Shown: in pieces, positions 8,815 through 18,489 of the stretch
Numbering within the stretch: the first letter of the stretch is position 1
How the letters are laid out: each line of letters opens with the position of its first letter
Virus record (IMG/VR): IMGVR_UViG_3300020055_000005
Coordinates: 87,190 to 151,189 of that record
From: a virus
Strand: one strand, 5' to 3'
Length of the DNA stretch: 64,000 nt
Made by a program: the position numbers and the translations under genes
Notes under the pieces: model-generated
What the model was told of the DNA's origin: nothing
Databases searched by the model: none
Seen by the model: only the letters and a program-made list of their open reading frames with translations

Positions 8815-9427
8815 CTATTGATTCGATTGTTGTTTCGTGATATCTACCAAACCATATTGCTAACACCCATCTTTCTCCTTTGTATATGGGTTCAACACTA
8901 TGCCATCTTTCAGTAGAATTATTAAATGTCACCATAGTACCTAGTCTAGGTTGTATAAGATGTCCTTCGACATTTAATCTACCTCCTTCATATTCATCGT
9001 TAAGGAAAAATATTGCAGTTGCAGTATCATTACCATCTGCAACGTCTTTATGCCACTGGAACATTGCATCTTCTTTGTATCTAATGATCTGTGCATAGTT
9101 GACACCATCGTAATCTTCGTTCTTAGGTAAGTATGGTGTTACAATCTCCATACATTCATCAAATGGTTGTTCATCAGGATGCAACACTGTGAACTCTTTA
9201 AAGTCAGATTCGTATTTCCATGTAGAGTCCATTGCACGTTCATTCTTAGCAGCGACTTTACCACCAATACCATCTACATTCTCCCATATATCTTCAAAGG
9301 GTAATGCAAGGTGGTGACCAATAATTTTGTCACAGTCTCTTCGATCTAATAGTTGATCACCAACCATCAAAAAGTTTGGTGACCTATCAAAGTTATTCTG
9401 TTTCTTGAGTATGTGTAAGTTAGCCAT
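8738..9427 (-). CDS. 2OG-Fe(II) oxygenase (prolyl-hydroxylase-like)
   Basis: HKD...LNDEYEGG...HSV...RW. Confidence 0.88.
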   Translation of the reverse strand: MANLHILKKQNNFDRSPNFLMVGDQLLDRRDCDKIIGHHLALPFEDIWENVDGIGGKVAAKNERAMDSTWKYESDFKEFTVLHPDEQPFDECMEIVTPYLPKNEDYDGVNYAQIIRYKEDAMFQWHKDVADGNDTATAIFFLNDEYEGGRLNVEGHLIQPRLGTMVTFNNSTERWHSVEPIYKGERWVLAIWFGRYHETTIESIDGADDESEQYAEMQSVSDINRSDES

Positions 9428-10110
9428 TATAGTGTTGGATGAAAGAATCGCACATAAGAGTATCTCCATGTGTCTTTGTATTTACTGTAGTCGTTTATGT
9501 ATGCACCATGCAATCTATTGCCTGGGAATATAACACATCGATTGAACTTTGCAGGTATGATGTGGTCAATGGTAAACAGTTCTTCTACTGGATACAATAG
9601 ATTCTGATGTTCTGCATTCCATATCCACTCCCCACCATATACTGCAGTACCACCATCTTCGATCTTATCTAGATACACTATCAGATTAAGTGTCGACATA
9701 TCGTCTGCAGTCGCTAACTCACTATCTGTATGTGGGTAGTGTTGATACTTGTTATCAGTTACTGCAAGTGGTTGAAAACAATTTATCTCTATGTTATCAT
9801 TACAATGATAGTTCGCTTTGTTCCAGTATCGTCTACAGATTTGTTTCATAGTTTCAATACTGTTTTCATATAAACGTGTAGGATGACCTACAAAATCTAC
9901 AACACGACAATCATTATAATCAATACCATTACGACTATCACGTTCACTGTTATATTTCCACATGGGTACAGGACGTGTCGATAAGTGTTCATGTATGTCC
10001 TCTGCATTTGCAAAGAAGTTATCGATGGTTACAACCTGAGTCTTCTCATCAAATGTTGGTTCTAAGTGTGGACTTAATTTCCACAGTTCTTCTGTAATAT
10101 ATGGTTTCAT
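9427..10110 (-). CDS. 2OG-Fe(II) oxygenase-like protein
   Basis: PHTD...VYL...GGT...FNRCVIF...LHG...R. Confidence 0.8.
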   Translation of the reverse strand: MKPYITEELWKLSPHLEPTFDEKTQVVTIDNFFANAEDIHEHLSTRPVPMWKYNSERDSRNGIDYNDCRVVDFVGHPTRLYENSIETMKQICRRYWNKANYHCNDNIEINCFQPLAVTDNKYQHYPHTDSELATADDMSTLNLIVYLDKIEDGGTAVYGGEWIWNAEHQNLLYPVEELFTIDHIIPAKFNRCVIFPGNRLHGAYINDYSKYKDTWRYSYVRFFHPTL

Positions 10111-10868
10111 TTGGGTAAAAAGTCGTATGAGAGTGGTGTACCATTCTCTCTGCACTCGTTTAAGTCTTGTGCATTTCTATGATCTAAATTAAATGATATT
10201 GATATTCGTTCATAATCATCAGGTGCATCATCATCTGCCAGACCAACACCATGTAGTAAGTGTGAAGGCCACAACAGGAATTCTCCATCACGTGGGAACA
10301 GTCTCATTTCTGATTGTACACCTGTAGTACCCCAAAACTCACAATCTTCATATCCATCTAGTGTAATGTTTCCTTGTTCTGCACGTGTACCAAAGTCTGC
10401 ACTAATTGATGGACTAAAGAATTTAATTGGTTGTTTACCCTCTGCAAGAGGATAGTAGGTACCTGACACTAATGCATTGACATGGTTATGTGTATCATGC
10501 CAGTGTTTCTTAGTGTATCTATTGACCCATGCAAACAGATGTATGTCTTGTCTGTTTAAGTCTCTAACTGTCATGTTATATTGAGTGGTAATGAACTCAA
10601 TGTATGAGTCCTTTAAGACATTAGAGAAGTCATTCCACCATGACCACTGTTTTTGTTTGTCTCTAATATCTTGTATGAAATAGGTAGTGTAATTGTTACA
10701 TGTGTTCTCTTCTCGTTCCTCTACCTCTTTGACAATATCACGTACATCGTCACAAACTTGTTTAGTGTCCAAAGGCATGAATCCTCTGAACATGGTAGTA
10801 GGGAACAATCTGAGTATCTCACCCCTTGCAGGTGAGTACTGTTGTTCTTTAGTCTGATTTGGTCTCAT
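10107..10868 (-). CDS. 2OG-Fe(II) oxygenase-like protein
   Basis: WVN...HNH...SGTYY...WPSHLLHGV...RISISFN. Confidence 0.85.
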   Translation of the reverse strand: MRPNQTKEQQYSPARGEILRLFPTTMFRGFMPLDTKQVCDDVRDIVKEVEEREENTCNNYTTYFIQDIRDKQKQWSWWNDFSNVLKDSYIEFITTQYNMTVRDLNRQDIHLFAWVNRYTKKHWHDTHNHVNALVSGTYYPLAEGKQPIKFFSPSISADFGTRAEQGNITLDGYEDCEFWGTTGVQSEMRLFPRDGEFLLWPSHLLHGVGLADDDAPDDYERISISFNLDHRNAQDLNECRENGTPLSYDFLPK

Positions 10869-11364
10869 TCTTTTTCACTTCCACACCAATACCTTCTTGT
10901 CCATCAGGTAGTGTTACATTACGATAATATACGATGACTTCTCCTAGTTCTCTGATGTATCTGCGAATCTCTTGCATGTTTGCAGACATCATTTCGTAGT
11001 CACCTATTGTGGTTGCAACAAATACTACGTCACCACCATTTAGTTTCTTCATGTCATCTAAGAACCTGTCTAAGTATGTATAACCCTCAGGCCACTCAGG
11101 ATATTCTCTGTCTTCAGGTAGACATGTCTTAGGTCTCTTCATAGACCCATCATCCTGTAATCTCTTGATACATGGATTAGCAATAATTGCTTCTGATACC
11201 ACATACCATTTTGGAGTTTGTAGATTAATGTCTCTTGGTAGTGTAGGTTGAATTATATCAATCTGTACAGGTTTTGTTACTATTTCAACTTGTTTAGTTC
11301 CAAGTAGTGAACACCCACTAATCGCTATTAGTAGTGTCGAGAGCGCTAATGTTTTTGCTATCAT
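10849..11364 (-). CDS. Putative outer-membrane spanin lipoprotein
   Basis: Lipobox ISGC, Pro-rich, overlaps the upstream i-spanin-like gene. Confidence 0.6.
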   Translation of the reverse strand: MIAKTLALSTLLIAISGCSLLGTKQVEIVTKPVQIDIIQPTLPRDINLQTPKWYVVSEAIIANPCIKRLQDDGSMKRPKTCLPEDREYPEWPEGYTYLDRFLDDMKKLNGGDVVFVATTIGDYEMMSANMQEIRRYIRELGEVIVYYRNVTLPDGQEGIGVEVKKNETKSD

Positions 11365-11698
11365 TCTCTATATCCTCAAATACTGCCTTGGTACCATTAT
11401 TTACTCTTGTTTCAATCAGGCCTGGTTTTACCAATGCAAGTTTATCTAAATTATGTTTTCGAAAGATTTCCAAATACTGGTCTTTCTCTGCCTCGATTCG
11501 TGCATTTGCACGTTGTAAGTTCTGTAGGGATACTCCTTGTTTCTCATACGATTCTTTCATCGCATTAAAGGCTGCCTTTTGTTCTTCTACTGCGAATTCC
11601 AACTTGACGTTGTTTGCTGTTAACGTTTGATTTTCATTCCATAGGTACCAAGACCCCAGTCCTAGTACAAGAATGATTCCAATGAATAATTGGTTCAT
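11318..11698 (-). CDS. Putative inner-membrane spanin
   Basis: N-terminal TM, coiled coil, KPGLIE motif. Confidence 0.65.
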   Translation of the reverse strand: MNQLFIGIILVLGLGSWYLWNENQTLTANNVKLEFAVEEQKAAFNAMKESYEKQGVSLQNLQRANARIEAEKDQYLEIFRKHNLDKLALVKPGLIETRVNNGTKAVFEDIENDSKNISALDTTNSD

Positions 11699-11937
11699 AA
11701 CTCTTCTCCATATTCATAGTCTTCTATGATATAATTCAGTCCTGCAGAACTTCTATACTCTACGATCTTACCTTCCTCAGTTCTGAACTTTAGATGTTTT
11801 TCTTTCTGCACTAATACCTTTTTAGTGACGTATGTACGATCATCAGAATCACCCCACTCTTTATTGAATGATACTGTGACCTTATATCGTGTGGTAAATA
11901 GGGACTTCACCCATAACCAAAATTTTTTCATATTCAC
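11695..11937 (-). CDS. Hypothetical protein
   Basis: GAGGTG SD. Confidence 0.7.
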   Translation of the reverse strand: MNMKKFWLWVKSLFTTRYKVTVSFNKEWGDSDDRTYVTKKVLVQKEKHLKFRTEEGKIVEYRSSAGLNYIIEDYEYGEEL

Positions 11938-11946
11938 CTCATGTGC

Positions 11947-11972
11947 GAAAAGACAGGATTAAGTCCTGTCTT
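11947..11972 (-). terminator. Intrinsic terminator
   Basis: AAGACAGGA/TCCTGTCTT stem followed by T-tract. Confidence 0.55.
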
Positions 11973-12032
11973 ATTATATATGGTTCTAAAATGAGAAACG
12001 GTAATGCAGGGGGCTACTCTTCCTGCTCGTTC

Positions 12033-12545
12033 CTAGGTACCACTCTTACCGTTTCTCAAACCTTTTAGTATATTTATAGTCTTTTCTGCACTCTCATGGA
12101 TGATTCCGATACCACCTGCATCTTCCCATGCTTTGATGTTCTTTGGTCTATCATCAATAAGGACACTACCTTTCTCTGCAAATGCAGCTTTTTGACTACC
12201 ACTGTAAGTACAAGTCACAACCACTGTAGGGTCGATATACTTTCTTACCCACTTGTTCTTATCATACACTACTAACTCTCTGTTCACTTTACCAGCAGCA
12301 GTTAGTATCTCCCAAGGAACACCAGTGTGTTTGATGTATCCTATGAGGTCTGCATAATCGACCATTGGAGGTAATAGTCCAAATAGTCTTTTGTTAGTTA
12401 ATTCTTCTTTCCTGAGGTCATACTCAGAATGACCAGCGTCATCACTGGTTAATGGTTTACCCAACATTTCACTGCATCCTGCAAGGAAATCGGCAACCAC
12501 TCCGTCCATATCGACGAAGATTCTTTTCACTACTTTATTTTCCAT
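12033..12545 (-). CDS. HAD 5'(3')-deoxyribonucleotidase-like protein
   Basis: DMDGVVADF, ILTA, K, LIDD motifs; leaderless start. Confidence 0.85.
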   Translation of the reverse strand: MENKVVKRIFVDMDGVVADFLAGCSEMLGKPLTSDDAGHSEYDLRKEELTNKRLFGLLPPMVDYADLIGYIKHTGVPWEILTAAGKVNRELVVYDKNKWVRKYIDPTVVVTCTYSGSQKAAFAEKGSVLIDDRPKNIKAWEDAGGIGIIHESAEKTINILKGLRNGKSGT

Positions 12546-12594
12546 ACTGTTAGTATAGTGCATTTTGGGTAGCTTTGTCAAGCTTTTTTAACAC

Positions 12595-13020
12595 TTATTT
12601 TACCCAAAACATGTCGTGAATTAACTCCTCTTTTTTGTATGCTTCCAGTTCCCATGGTTGTCGTGAGTATGGTTTATGCACCACATTGTGGGCTTTCCAG
12701 TTACGACATGTAGGTGATAATTCACCCTTCAGAAACTGTTTTGCATGAATTAATTCATGTGCAAGTGTCAACATCATCTGATCAAGTGTCAAATTACCCT
12801 TGAATATCTCAATCTCTACGTTGTGTTTATCACCTAAACAGTAACCATAGACATCACCATCTAATCCTTTCTTAAATGAGATATCAATGACTACATTTCG
12901 ACGTAATCGTGGCATAAAATAATGCAACACGTTACGTACATACTTCGTTATACGTTTCTTGTCTCGGATTTGTCCGTGGAAATCAACATGGATATTGTCA
13001 AAGTATATCTTCTTCGTCAT
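12595..13020 (-). CDS. Zinc metallopeptidase-like protein
   Basis: AHELIH...PWELEA. Confidence 0.75.
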   Translation of the reverse strand: MTKKIYFDNIHVDFHGQIRDKKRITKYVRNVLHYFMPRLRRNVVIDISFKKGLDGDVYGYCLGDKHNVEIEIFKGNLTLDQMMLTLAHELIHAKQFLKGELSPTCRNWKAHNVVHKPYSRQPWELEAYKKEELIHDMFWVK

Positions 13021-13192
13021 GTTCTAATTCACTTTCCTCTTCGTCATCGTAAATAACTTCACCACATAATGGACAGAATTCAACAGGAGGTAACTCCTCC
13101 TCATATTCATGATTTGTAGTGTCTAATTTAATTTTCAGTTCCATATCTAGATCACAATGATCGCAATACAGTTGTATGTTCTTAGTCGTCAT
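12998..13192 (-). CDS. Small zinc-ribbon protein
   Basis: CDHC...CPLCG. Confidence 0.7.
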   Translation of the reverse strand: MTTKNIQLYCDHCDLDMELKIKLDTTNHEYEEELPPVEFCPLCGEVIYDDEEESELEHDEEDIL

Positions 13193-13451
13193 AATTGGGT
13201 ACGTAATCGTCTCTCGCTAGTCCAGTCTTGACAATGATTTTATCCCATAGAGATTCAAATGATTTCTTTTGACCATCTAATACTGCATAGGGAAGTGGAT
13301 GTTTTGCATCTGACTCAGAGAAGTCTAATCCTGCAGTATATACCCTTACCTCTTGAAACTCCCTATCGATCATTCGAAATAGATGCACCCATCTAGCACA
13401 GATCACGTCTTGTTTGTCTTTAGAGGGTAAGTATAACTTATATGTACGCAC
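13182..13451 (-). CDS. Hypothetical protein
   Basis: ORF in operon context. Confidence 0.6.
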   Translation of the reverse strand: MRTYKLYLPSKDKQDVICARWVHLFRMIDREFQEVRVYTAGLDFSESDAKHPLPYAVLDGQKKSFESLWDKIIVKTGLARDDYVPNYDD

Positions 13452-13481
13452 AATGTCAAGCTCTTTTATTTTCGTTTAAAA

Positions 13482-13724
13482 TCAGATGGTTATGTCACCA
13501 ATCTGACTGTCTGACCACTCTTTGAGCTCAGTATAACCCCCAATATTGACCTCATCTACCCTAATTTGGGGAAATGTACGTGCAGTTGGGAAGGTTTCAA
13601 ACAACTCTTCAGTGGTAAAATCTGTACCTAAGGACAGGTACGAATATGCATATCCTTTCTGTTCGCATAATGCTTTTGCTTTGTCACAAAAAGGACACTG
13701 TGGTTTTCCGTATATTTCTATCAT
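13482..13724 (-). CDS. nrdC: Glutaredoxin (T4 NrdC-like)
   Basis: CPFC, TFPQI, IGGY. Confidence 0.92.
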   Translation of the reverse strand: MIEIYGKPQCPFCDKAKALCEQKGYAYSYLSLGTDFTTEELFETFPTARTFPQIRVDEVNIGGYTELKEWSDSQIGDITI

Positions 13725-13933
13725 AGTTTTATTGCCAGTAATATGAAAATACCCATCAAGATTAGATTAGTTGTTGCAATCAGAATACCTAAAATGGTGT
13801 GATACCAAATCCATCTAGTCTTGTAAGCATTTTCGATTGTTAATTCATCAGGGTCAGGAGATTTCTCTGCAACCTTTCGTATTGCATCATCCTCTTCCTT
13901 AGACCCCCATAATATTTCGTGCCATTTTCTCAT
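13721..13933 (-). CDS. Small membrane protein
   Basis: C-terminal TM; 4-nt overlaps on both sides. Confidence 0.7.
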   Translation of the reverse strand: MRKWHEILWGSKEEDDAIRKVAEKSPDPDELTIENAYKTRWIWYHTILGILIATTNLILMGIFILLAIKL

Positions 13934-15027
13934 AATTTAAAGTCTGCAAAAGTGTCATCTGACACATCTTGTTTAATACCACCAATCACATAAGATTCAA
14001 TCTCTGTCTCTTGTGGTGCATTCTGTAGTCCTCTACTGTTGAACCAGTGTTTAGTCCATGGTAAAGGGTTATTTGTTGAAGAGATATCATAGATAGGATT
14101 TAGTCCTATTGCACGTAATCTCTTATTACAAATATATTCTATATATTGATTCAACAAAGGCACACTTAGTCCAATCATAGAACCATTCTTAAATAAGAAC
14201 TCAGCCCATTCCTTTTCTTGACTGACTGCATTCTCATATAATTCGTAAACTTCTTTCTCACAATCCTTCATGACCTTGTTCATGAGTTTATCGTTCTCAT
14301 GGTTCTTGTAACACTTCAGAATGTGTTGTGACACTGCAAGGTGTTGTGATTCGTCTCTTGCAATGAAAGATATAATCTTTGCACTACCTTCCATCAGTTT
14401 CAGTTCTCCGAATCCAAATGAACATGCAAAAGAGACGAAGAATCGTATACCTTCTAGGATATTAACTGAGATAAGTGCAAGGTATAATGCCTTATATAAG
14501 TCATAGTCATCGACCTTGAGTCCTAGTAACCTTCTTCGTCCCAATGCAATAAACTCGTCGTACTTTTCTGTTACCATTTCTGCACGTTTTACAATTGCAG
14601 GTTCATCTAAGATAGTGTCAAAGATGTCACTAGGGTCTGCATATACATTCTTAATAATATGTGTATATGATCTACTATGGATTGTCTCCATGAAGTCCCA
14701 TGTGATAATGCAAGACTCTAGTTCAGGTAAGGACACAAAGGGTAAAAATGCTATGGAGGGCGCCCTTCCCTGAACAGAATCAAGAAGTGTTTGATATCTC
14801 AGGTTTGATGTAAAAATATGTTTTTGTGCATCATTCAGAGTTGCGTAATCAGACCTGTCTTTTTGTAATGACACTTCTTCAGGTCTCCAAAAGAAACCTA
14901 ATTGTGTTTGTGTTAGTTTATCAAATATAGGGTATTTGAACTCATCAAATCTTTGAGTGTTCAAAGGTTCACCAAAGAATATCTTTTGTTTGGTGAAGTC
15001 TACATTCTTTTTGTTAAAAACTGTCAT
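13930..15027 (-). CDS. nrdB: Class Ia ribonucleotide reductase beta subunit
   Basis: FFWRPEE, ETIHSRSY, EGIRF, DESQH. Confidence 0.97.
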   Translation of the reverse strand: MTVFNKKNVDFTKQKIFFGEPLNTQRFDEFKYPIFDKLTQTQLGFFWRPEEVSLQKDRSDYATLNDAQKHIFTSNLRYQTLLDSVQGRAPSIAFLPFVSLPELESCIITWDFMETIHSRSYTHIIKNVYADPSDIFDTILDEPAIVKRAEMVTEKYDEFIALGRRRLLGLKVDDYDLYKALYLALISVNILEGIRFFVSFACSFGFGELKLMEGSAKIISFIARDESQHLAVSQHILKCYKNHENDKLMNKVMKDCEKEVYELYENAVSQEKEWAEFLFKNGSMIGLSVPLLNQYIEYICNKRLRAIGLNPIYDISSTNNPLPWTKHWFNSRGLQNAPQETEIESYVIGGIKQDVSDDTFADFKL

Positions 15028-15187
15028 ATCCTAAGTCCTTGTACTTCTTCGCAAGTTTTTCTGCTCTTTCTTTTGTTTCTCTTCTAAAACTTACTTCTTG
15101 TCCGTTATAAAATTCAGTGATAGTGTAACGTCTAGAATTCTCATTTGGAATAATAGACACTTGATGGCCTTCGCATTCAAAAATCAT
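15014..15187 (-). CDS. Hypothetical 57-aa protein (not in ORF track)
   Basis: AAGGAG SD, MIFECEGHQVSII...; fills the gap. Confidence 0.65.
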   Translation of the reverse strand: MIFECEGHQVSIIPNENSRRYTITEFYNGQEVSFRRETKERAEKLAKKYKDLGYDSF

Positions 15188-16167
15188 TTCTTCTCCTTCG
15201 GTTCAAATTGCACAAGATGGTCATAGTTATTACAGTAATCACCTTTCTTTCCTTTGGTATCTCTATATAATCCATTATCCCACCATTTAATAAAATCTAT
15301 GAATTTCTTTCTTCTATCTGCAGACTCATCGATGTTTGTCTCATATCTGTTCTTTCTACCATCGTATTCTAACACGATGTGCTCACCAGCAATCTTGTCT
15401 TCAGGCATATACGTTGCACCATCTATCATTCCTATTTTAGAATGTTGATGAAAGAAATGCACAAAGATGTGATAACTATAATCACCTAGTAATCTATCTC
15501 TCCAGTGTGGTATGTTAGGGCCTTGATATAATAATATATCACCAACTTCTAGTTCAACACACTTTGCACCGTTTTCAATTCTCTTACGTGGACTGACACC
15601 CTGTGTTATTTCAACTAATTTTTTGTTATCTTCGAAGTCAATATAGTCCTGATCATTCTGTACCCATATCTTCCATGGTTTACCATCATCAGTATGATAG
15701 TCTAAACAAAGTGTCGCACTGATTTCACATGAAGGTCTATCAGTATGTGAAGTTAATATTGCACCTCTGTCATACTTACGTGTGTAAGAGTAAGTTTCTT
15801 TTAGGTTCATGTCTATAACATCAGTCAACCTATCTCTGATATATCTGTGTAATGCAACTGCCCATGGTGTGCAGTAACCACCCTTAGATTTGTTTATCGC
15901 ATCATCAGGTGTCATGTGAGTGATATCTTTTTCTTCACGATACATGATTGCACTGTCCCAATTCTCATTCTGTTCGACAGTTTTCCATGCATCAAGTGTC
16001 ATGTTGATAATTTCTTTAGGGATAAAATTACGTAAAACTACGTATCTGTCTTTCCACAATGCCCATGTCTCAGGAGTTGTTTTACCTGATACTTTTTTAC
16101 CACCCTTTTCATTTCCATAGGGATGATGTATATAATTTACTGTTCGCTTTTCAAATGGTATAGTCAT
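15184..16167 (-). CDS. 2OG-Fe(II) oxygenase-like protein
   Basis: HTDRPSCEISATL...GDILLYQG...HWR. Confidence 0.82.
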   Translation of the reverse strand: MTIPFEKRTVNYIHHPYGNEKGGKKVSGKTTPETWALWKDRYVVLRNFIPKEIINMTLDAWKTVEQNENWDSAIMYREEKDITHMTPDDAINKSKGGYCTPWAVALHRYIRDRLTDVIDMNLKETYSYTRKYDRGAILTSHTDRPSCEISATLCLDYHTDDGKPWKIWVQNDQDYIDFEDNKKLVEITQGVSPRKRIENGAKCVELEVGDILLYQGPNIPHWRDRLLGDYSYHIFVHFFHQHSKIGMIDGATYMPEDKIAGEHIVLEYDGRKNRYETNIDESADRRKKFIDFIKWWDNGLYRDTKGKKGDYCNNYDHLVQFEPKEKK

Positions 16168-16176
16168 TACTTTATC

Positions 16177-18489
16177 CTATATTGCACATGCCTCGCAGTC
16201 TTCCTCATCTTCTTGGTAATTACTCATTACGTTAGCTGCATCATCTACTGCACTTGGTAGTTCTTCTAATACATCTTCTTTCTTACCATCCATAGTATTC
16301 TGATAGTAAGAAGTTTTCCATCCGTACTTATATGTAGTCAATAAGTCACGTGCCATAACTGAAATAGGTACTTCACCGTTCTCATAGTTCTCAGGATTGT
16401 ATGACCAATTACCTGAGATTGCTTGATCAAAGAACTTCTGCATCACTGCAACCACATTGATATATCCTGTATTGTCTTTCATATCCCATAGTAGTGTATA
16501 TGCAGACTTCAGGTGTGAGTACTGAGGTACGATTTGTTTCAGTGTACCCTTCTTACTCTTCTTGACACTTAGATAGTCTCTAGGTGGTTCAATACCGTTT
16601 GTTGCGTTACAAACAACACTAGAACTCTCTGAAGGCATCTGTGCAGTCAGTGTAGAGTGTCTTAATCCAAACTCTTTGATATCTTTTCTGAGTCCTTTCC
16701 AGTCCATGTATAAGTTGTTAGGTGTAATCTCATCAACATCTTTCTTATATGTGTCGATAGGTAAAACACCATCTGCATATTTTGTTCTGTCAAAATACTC
16801 ACATGCACCTTTTTCTTTTGCAACCGTGTTGGACGATTTTAACAGATAATACTGGAACTTCTCTGTAAGTTCATGCACCAAAGACCATGCACCTTCATCA
16901 CTGTACTTGAGTTTGTTCTTTGCAAGATAGTGTGCAAGACCAATGTATCCAATACCTAATGATCTACGTGCAAGTGTTGACCTCTTTGCGGCTTCGACTG
17001 GATAGTTCTGATAGTCGATTAACTCCTCCAGTCCTCTTACTGCAAGGTCACATAGGTTTTCAAGTTCATCCTCCTTGATAAGTCCTACATTAACTGCAGA
17101 CAATATACACAGTGCGATCTCCCCCTCACCATCGATATGTTCGATTGGGTCTGTGGGGAGTGTAATTTCTTGACATAGGTTACTCATGTTTACTTTGTCT
17201 TTAAAACTACTGTGAGAATTACTGTGATCTATGTTCATGATATAGATTCTGCCAGTCTCTGCACGTTCTTTTAATAAATCAGTAATTAATTCTCTCGCAC
17301 TAATCTTAGTTTTAGGTATGGACGTTGCACGTTCATACTTCTCATAGAGTTCATCGAACTCAGGTGTACCAAATGCATCATATAAGCCAGGCACATCATG
17401 TGGAGAGAATAGTGTTATTTCTCCATTTGAAAGGAAACGTTTATAGAAGAGTTCGGATAACTGTATCGAGTAGTCCAACTTCCTAACTCTGTTGTCTTCA
17501 GTACCTTTGTTATTTTTAAGGACAATAATGTCTTCGATTTCTTGGTGCCAGATTGGGAAATGGACTGTTGCACTTCCACCTCTGACTCCGTTTTGGGTAC
17601 AACATCTAACTGTTGATTCGAATTTTTTGAGAAAGGGAATAACTCCAGTATGTTGGACTTCACCACCTCTGATTCTTGCACCCAATCCTCTGATTCTTCC
17701 TGCGTTGATTCCGATACCTGCACGTTGAGCAACGTATCTTCCGATAGCCATGTCTGAACTGAAGATTGACCCCAAGGTATCATCGGAGTCAACGAGGACA
17801 CAACTTGCAAACTGTCTGAGTGGAGTTCTAACTCCTGACATGATTGGTGTTGGTATGTTAATTTTGAAAGTTGATATGGCATCATAGTATCGTTTAATGT
17901 ATTCAAGTCTATTCTCCTTGTATTCTTTGAATAGTGTCATTGCAATTAAAATGTACATGAACTGTGGTGTTTCATATACAGTACTTGTTGATCTGTCCTG
18001 AACCAAATACTTATCAACTACCTGTTGCAATCCTGCATAAGTGTAATCTAAGTCTCTACCATGTTTGATGTATTTGTTCAGTGTTTCAAATTCTTCATCT
18101 GAATAATGGTTTAGTATGTCATCATCATACACACCATGTTCTATATTTCTTTCTACAATCTCTTTGAGTGATGGATAGATTTCTGAGTCTTTCCATTTAG
18201 TATTGAACACCTGTTTCTGAACTGCAAACAATAGTAGTCTAGATGCAACAAATTGATAGTTTGGTGATTCTAACGAAATCAGATCACTTGCACTCTTGAC
18301 AAGTATCTTTTGGATTTCTTTAGTGGTGATGCCATCATAAAACTGTAACCCACTATTCATTTCAACCAATGACTCTGATACACCTGTAATACCTCTACAG
18401 GCCTTCTCTACCATTTTGTGGATTTTATCTAAATTGATTTCTACTTTTGAACCGTCAGACTTGACTACCTTGATGTCCGTGTTACTCAT
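16177..18489 (-). CDS. nrdA: Class Ia ribonucleotide reductase alpha subunit
   Basis: ATP cone, SNLCQEI, C-terminal CxxC. Confidence 0.97.
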   Translation of the reverse strand: MSNTDIKVVKSDGSKVEINLDKIHKMVEKACRGITGVSESLVEMNSGLQFYDGITTKEIQKILVKSASDLISLESPNYQFVASRLLLFAVQKQVFNTKWKDSEIYPSLKEIVERNIEHGVYDDDILNHYSDEEFETLNKYIKHGRDLDYTYAGLQQVVDKYLVQDRSTSTVYETPQFMYILIAMTLFKEYKENRLEYIKRYYDAISTFKINIPTPIMSGVRTPLRQFASCVLVDSDDTLGSIFSSDMAIGRYVAQRAGIGINAGRIRGLGARIRGGEVQHTGVIPFLKKFESTVRCCTQNGVRGGSATVHFPIWHQEIEDIIVLKNNKGTEDNRVRKLDYSIQLSELFYKRFLSNGEITLFSPHDVPGLYDAFGTPEFDELYEKYERATSIPKTKISARELITDLLKERAETGRIYIMNIDHSNSHSSFKDKVNMSNLCQEITLPTDPIEHIDGEGEIALCILSAVNVGLIKEDELENLCDLAVRGLEELIDYQNYPVEAAKRSTLARRSLGIGYIGLAHYLAKNKLKYSDEGAWSLVHELTEKFQYYLLKSSNTVAKEKGACEYFDRTKYADGVLPIDTYKKDVDEITPNNLYMDWKGLRKDIKEFGLRHSTLTAQMPSESSSVVCNATNGIEPPRDYLSVKKSKKGTLKQIVPQYSHLKSAYTLLWDMKDNTGYINVVAVMQKFFDQAISGNWSYNPENYENGEVPISVMARDLLTTYKYGWKTSYYQNTMDGKKEDVLEELPSAVDDAANVMSNYQEDEEDCEACAI

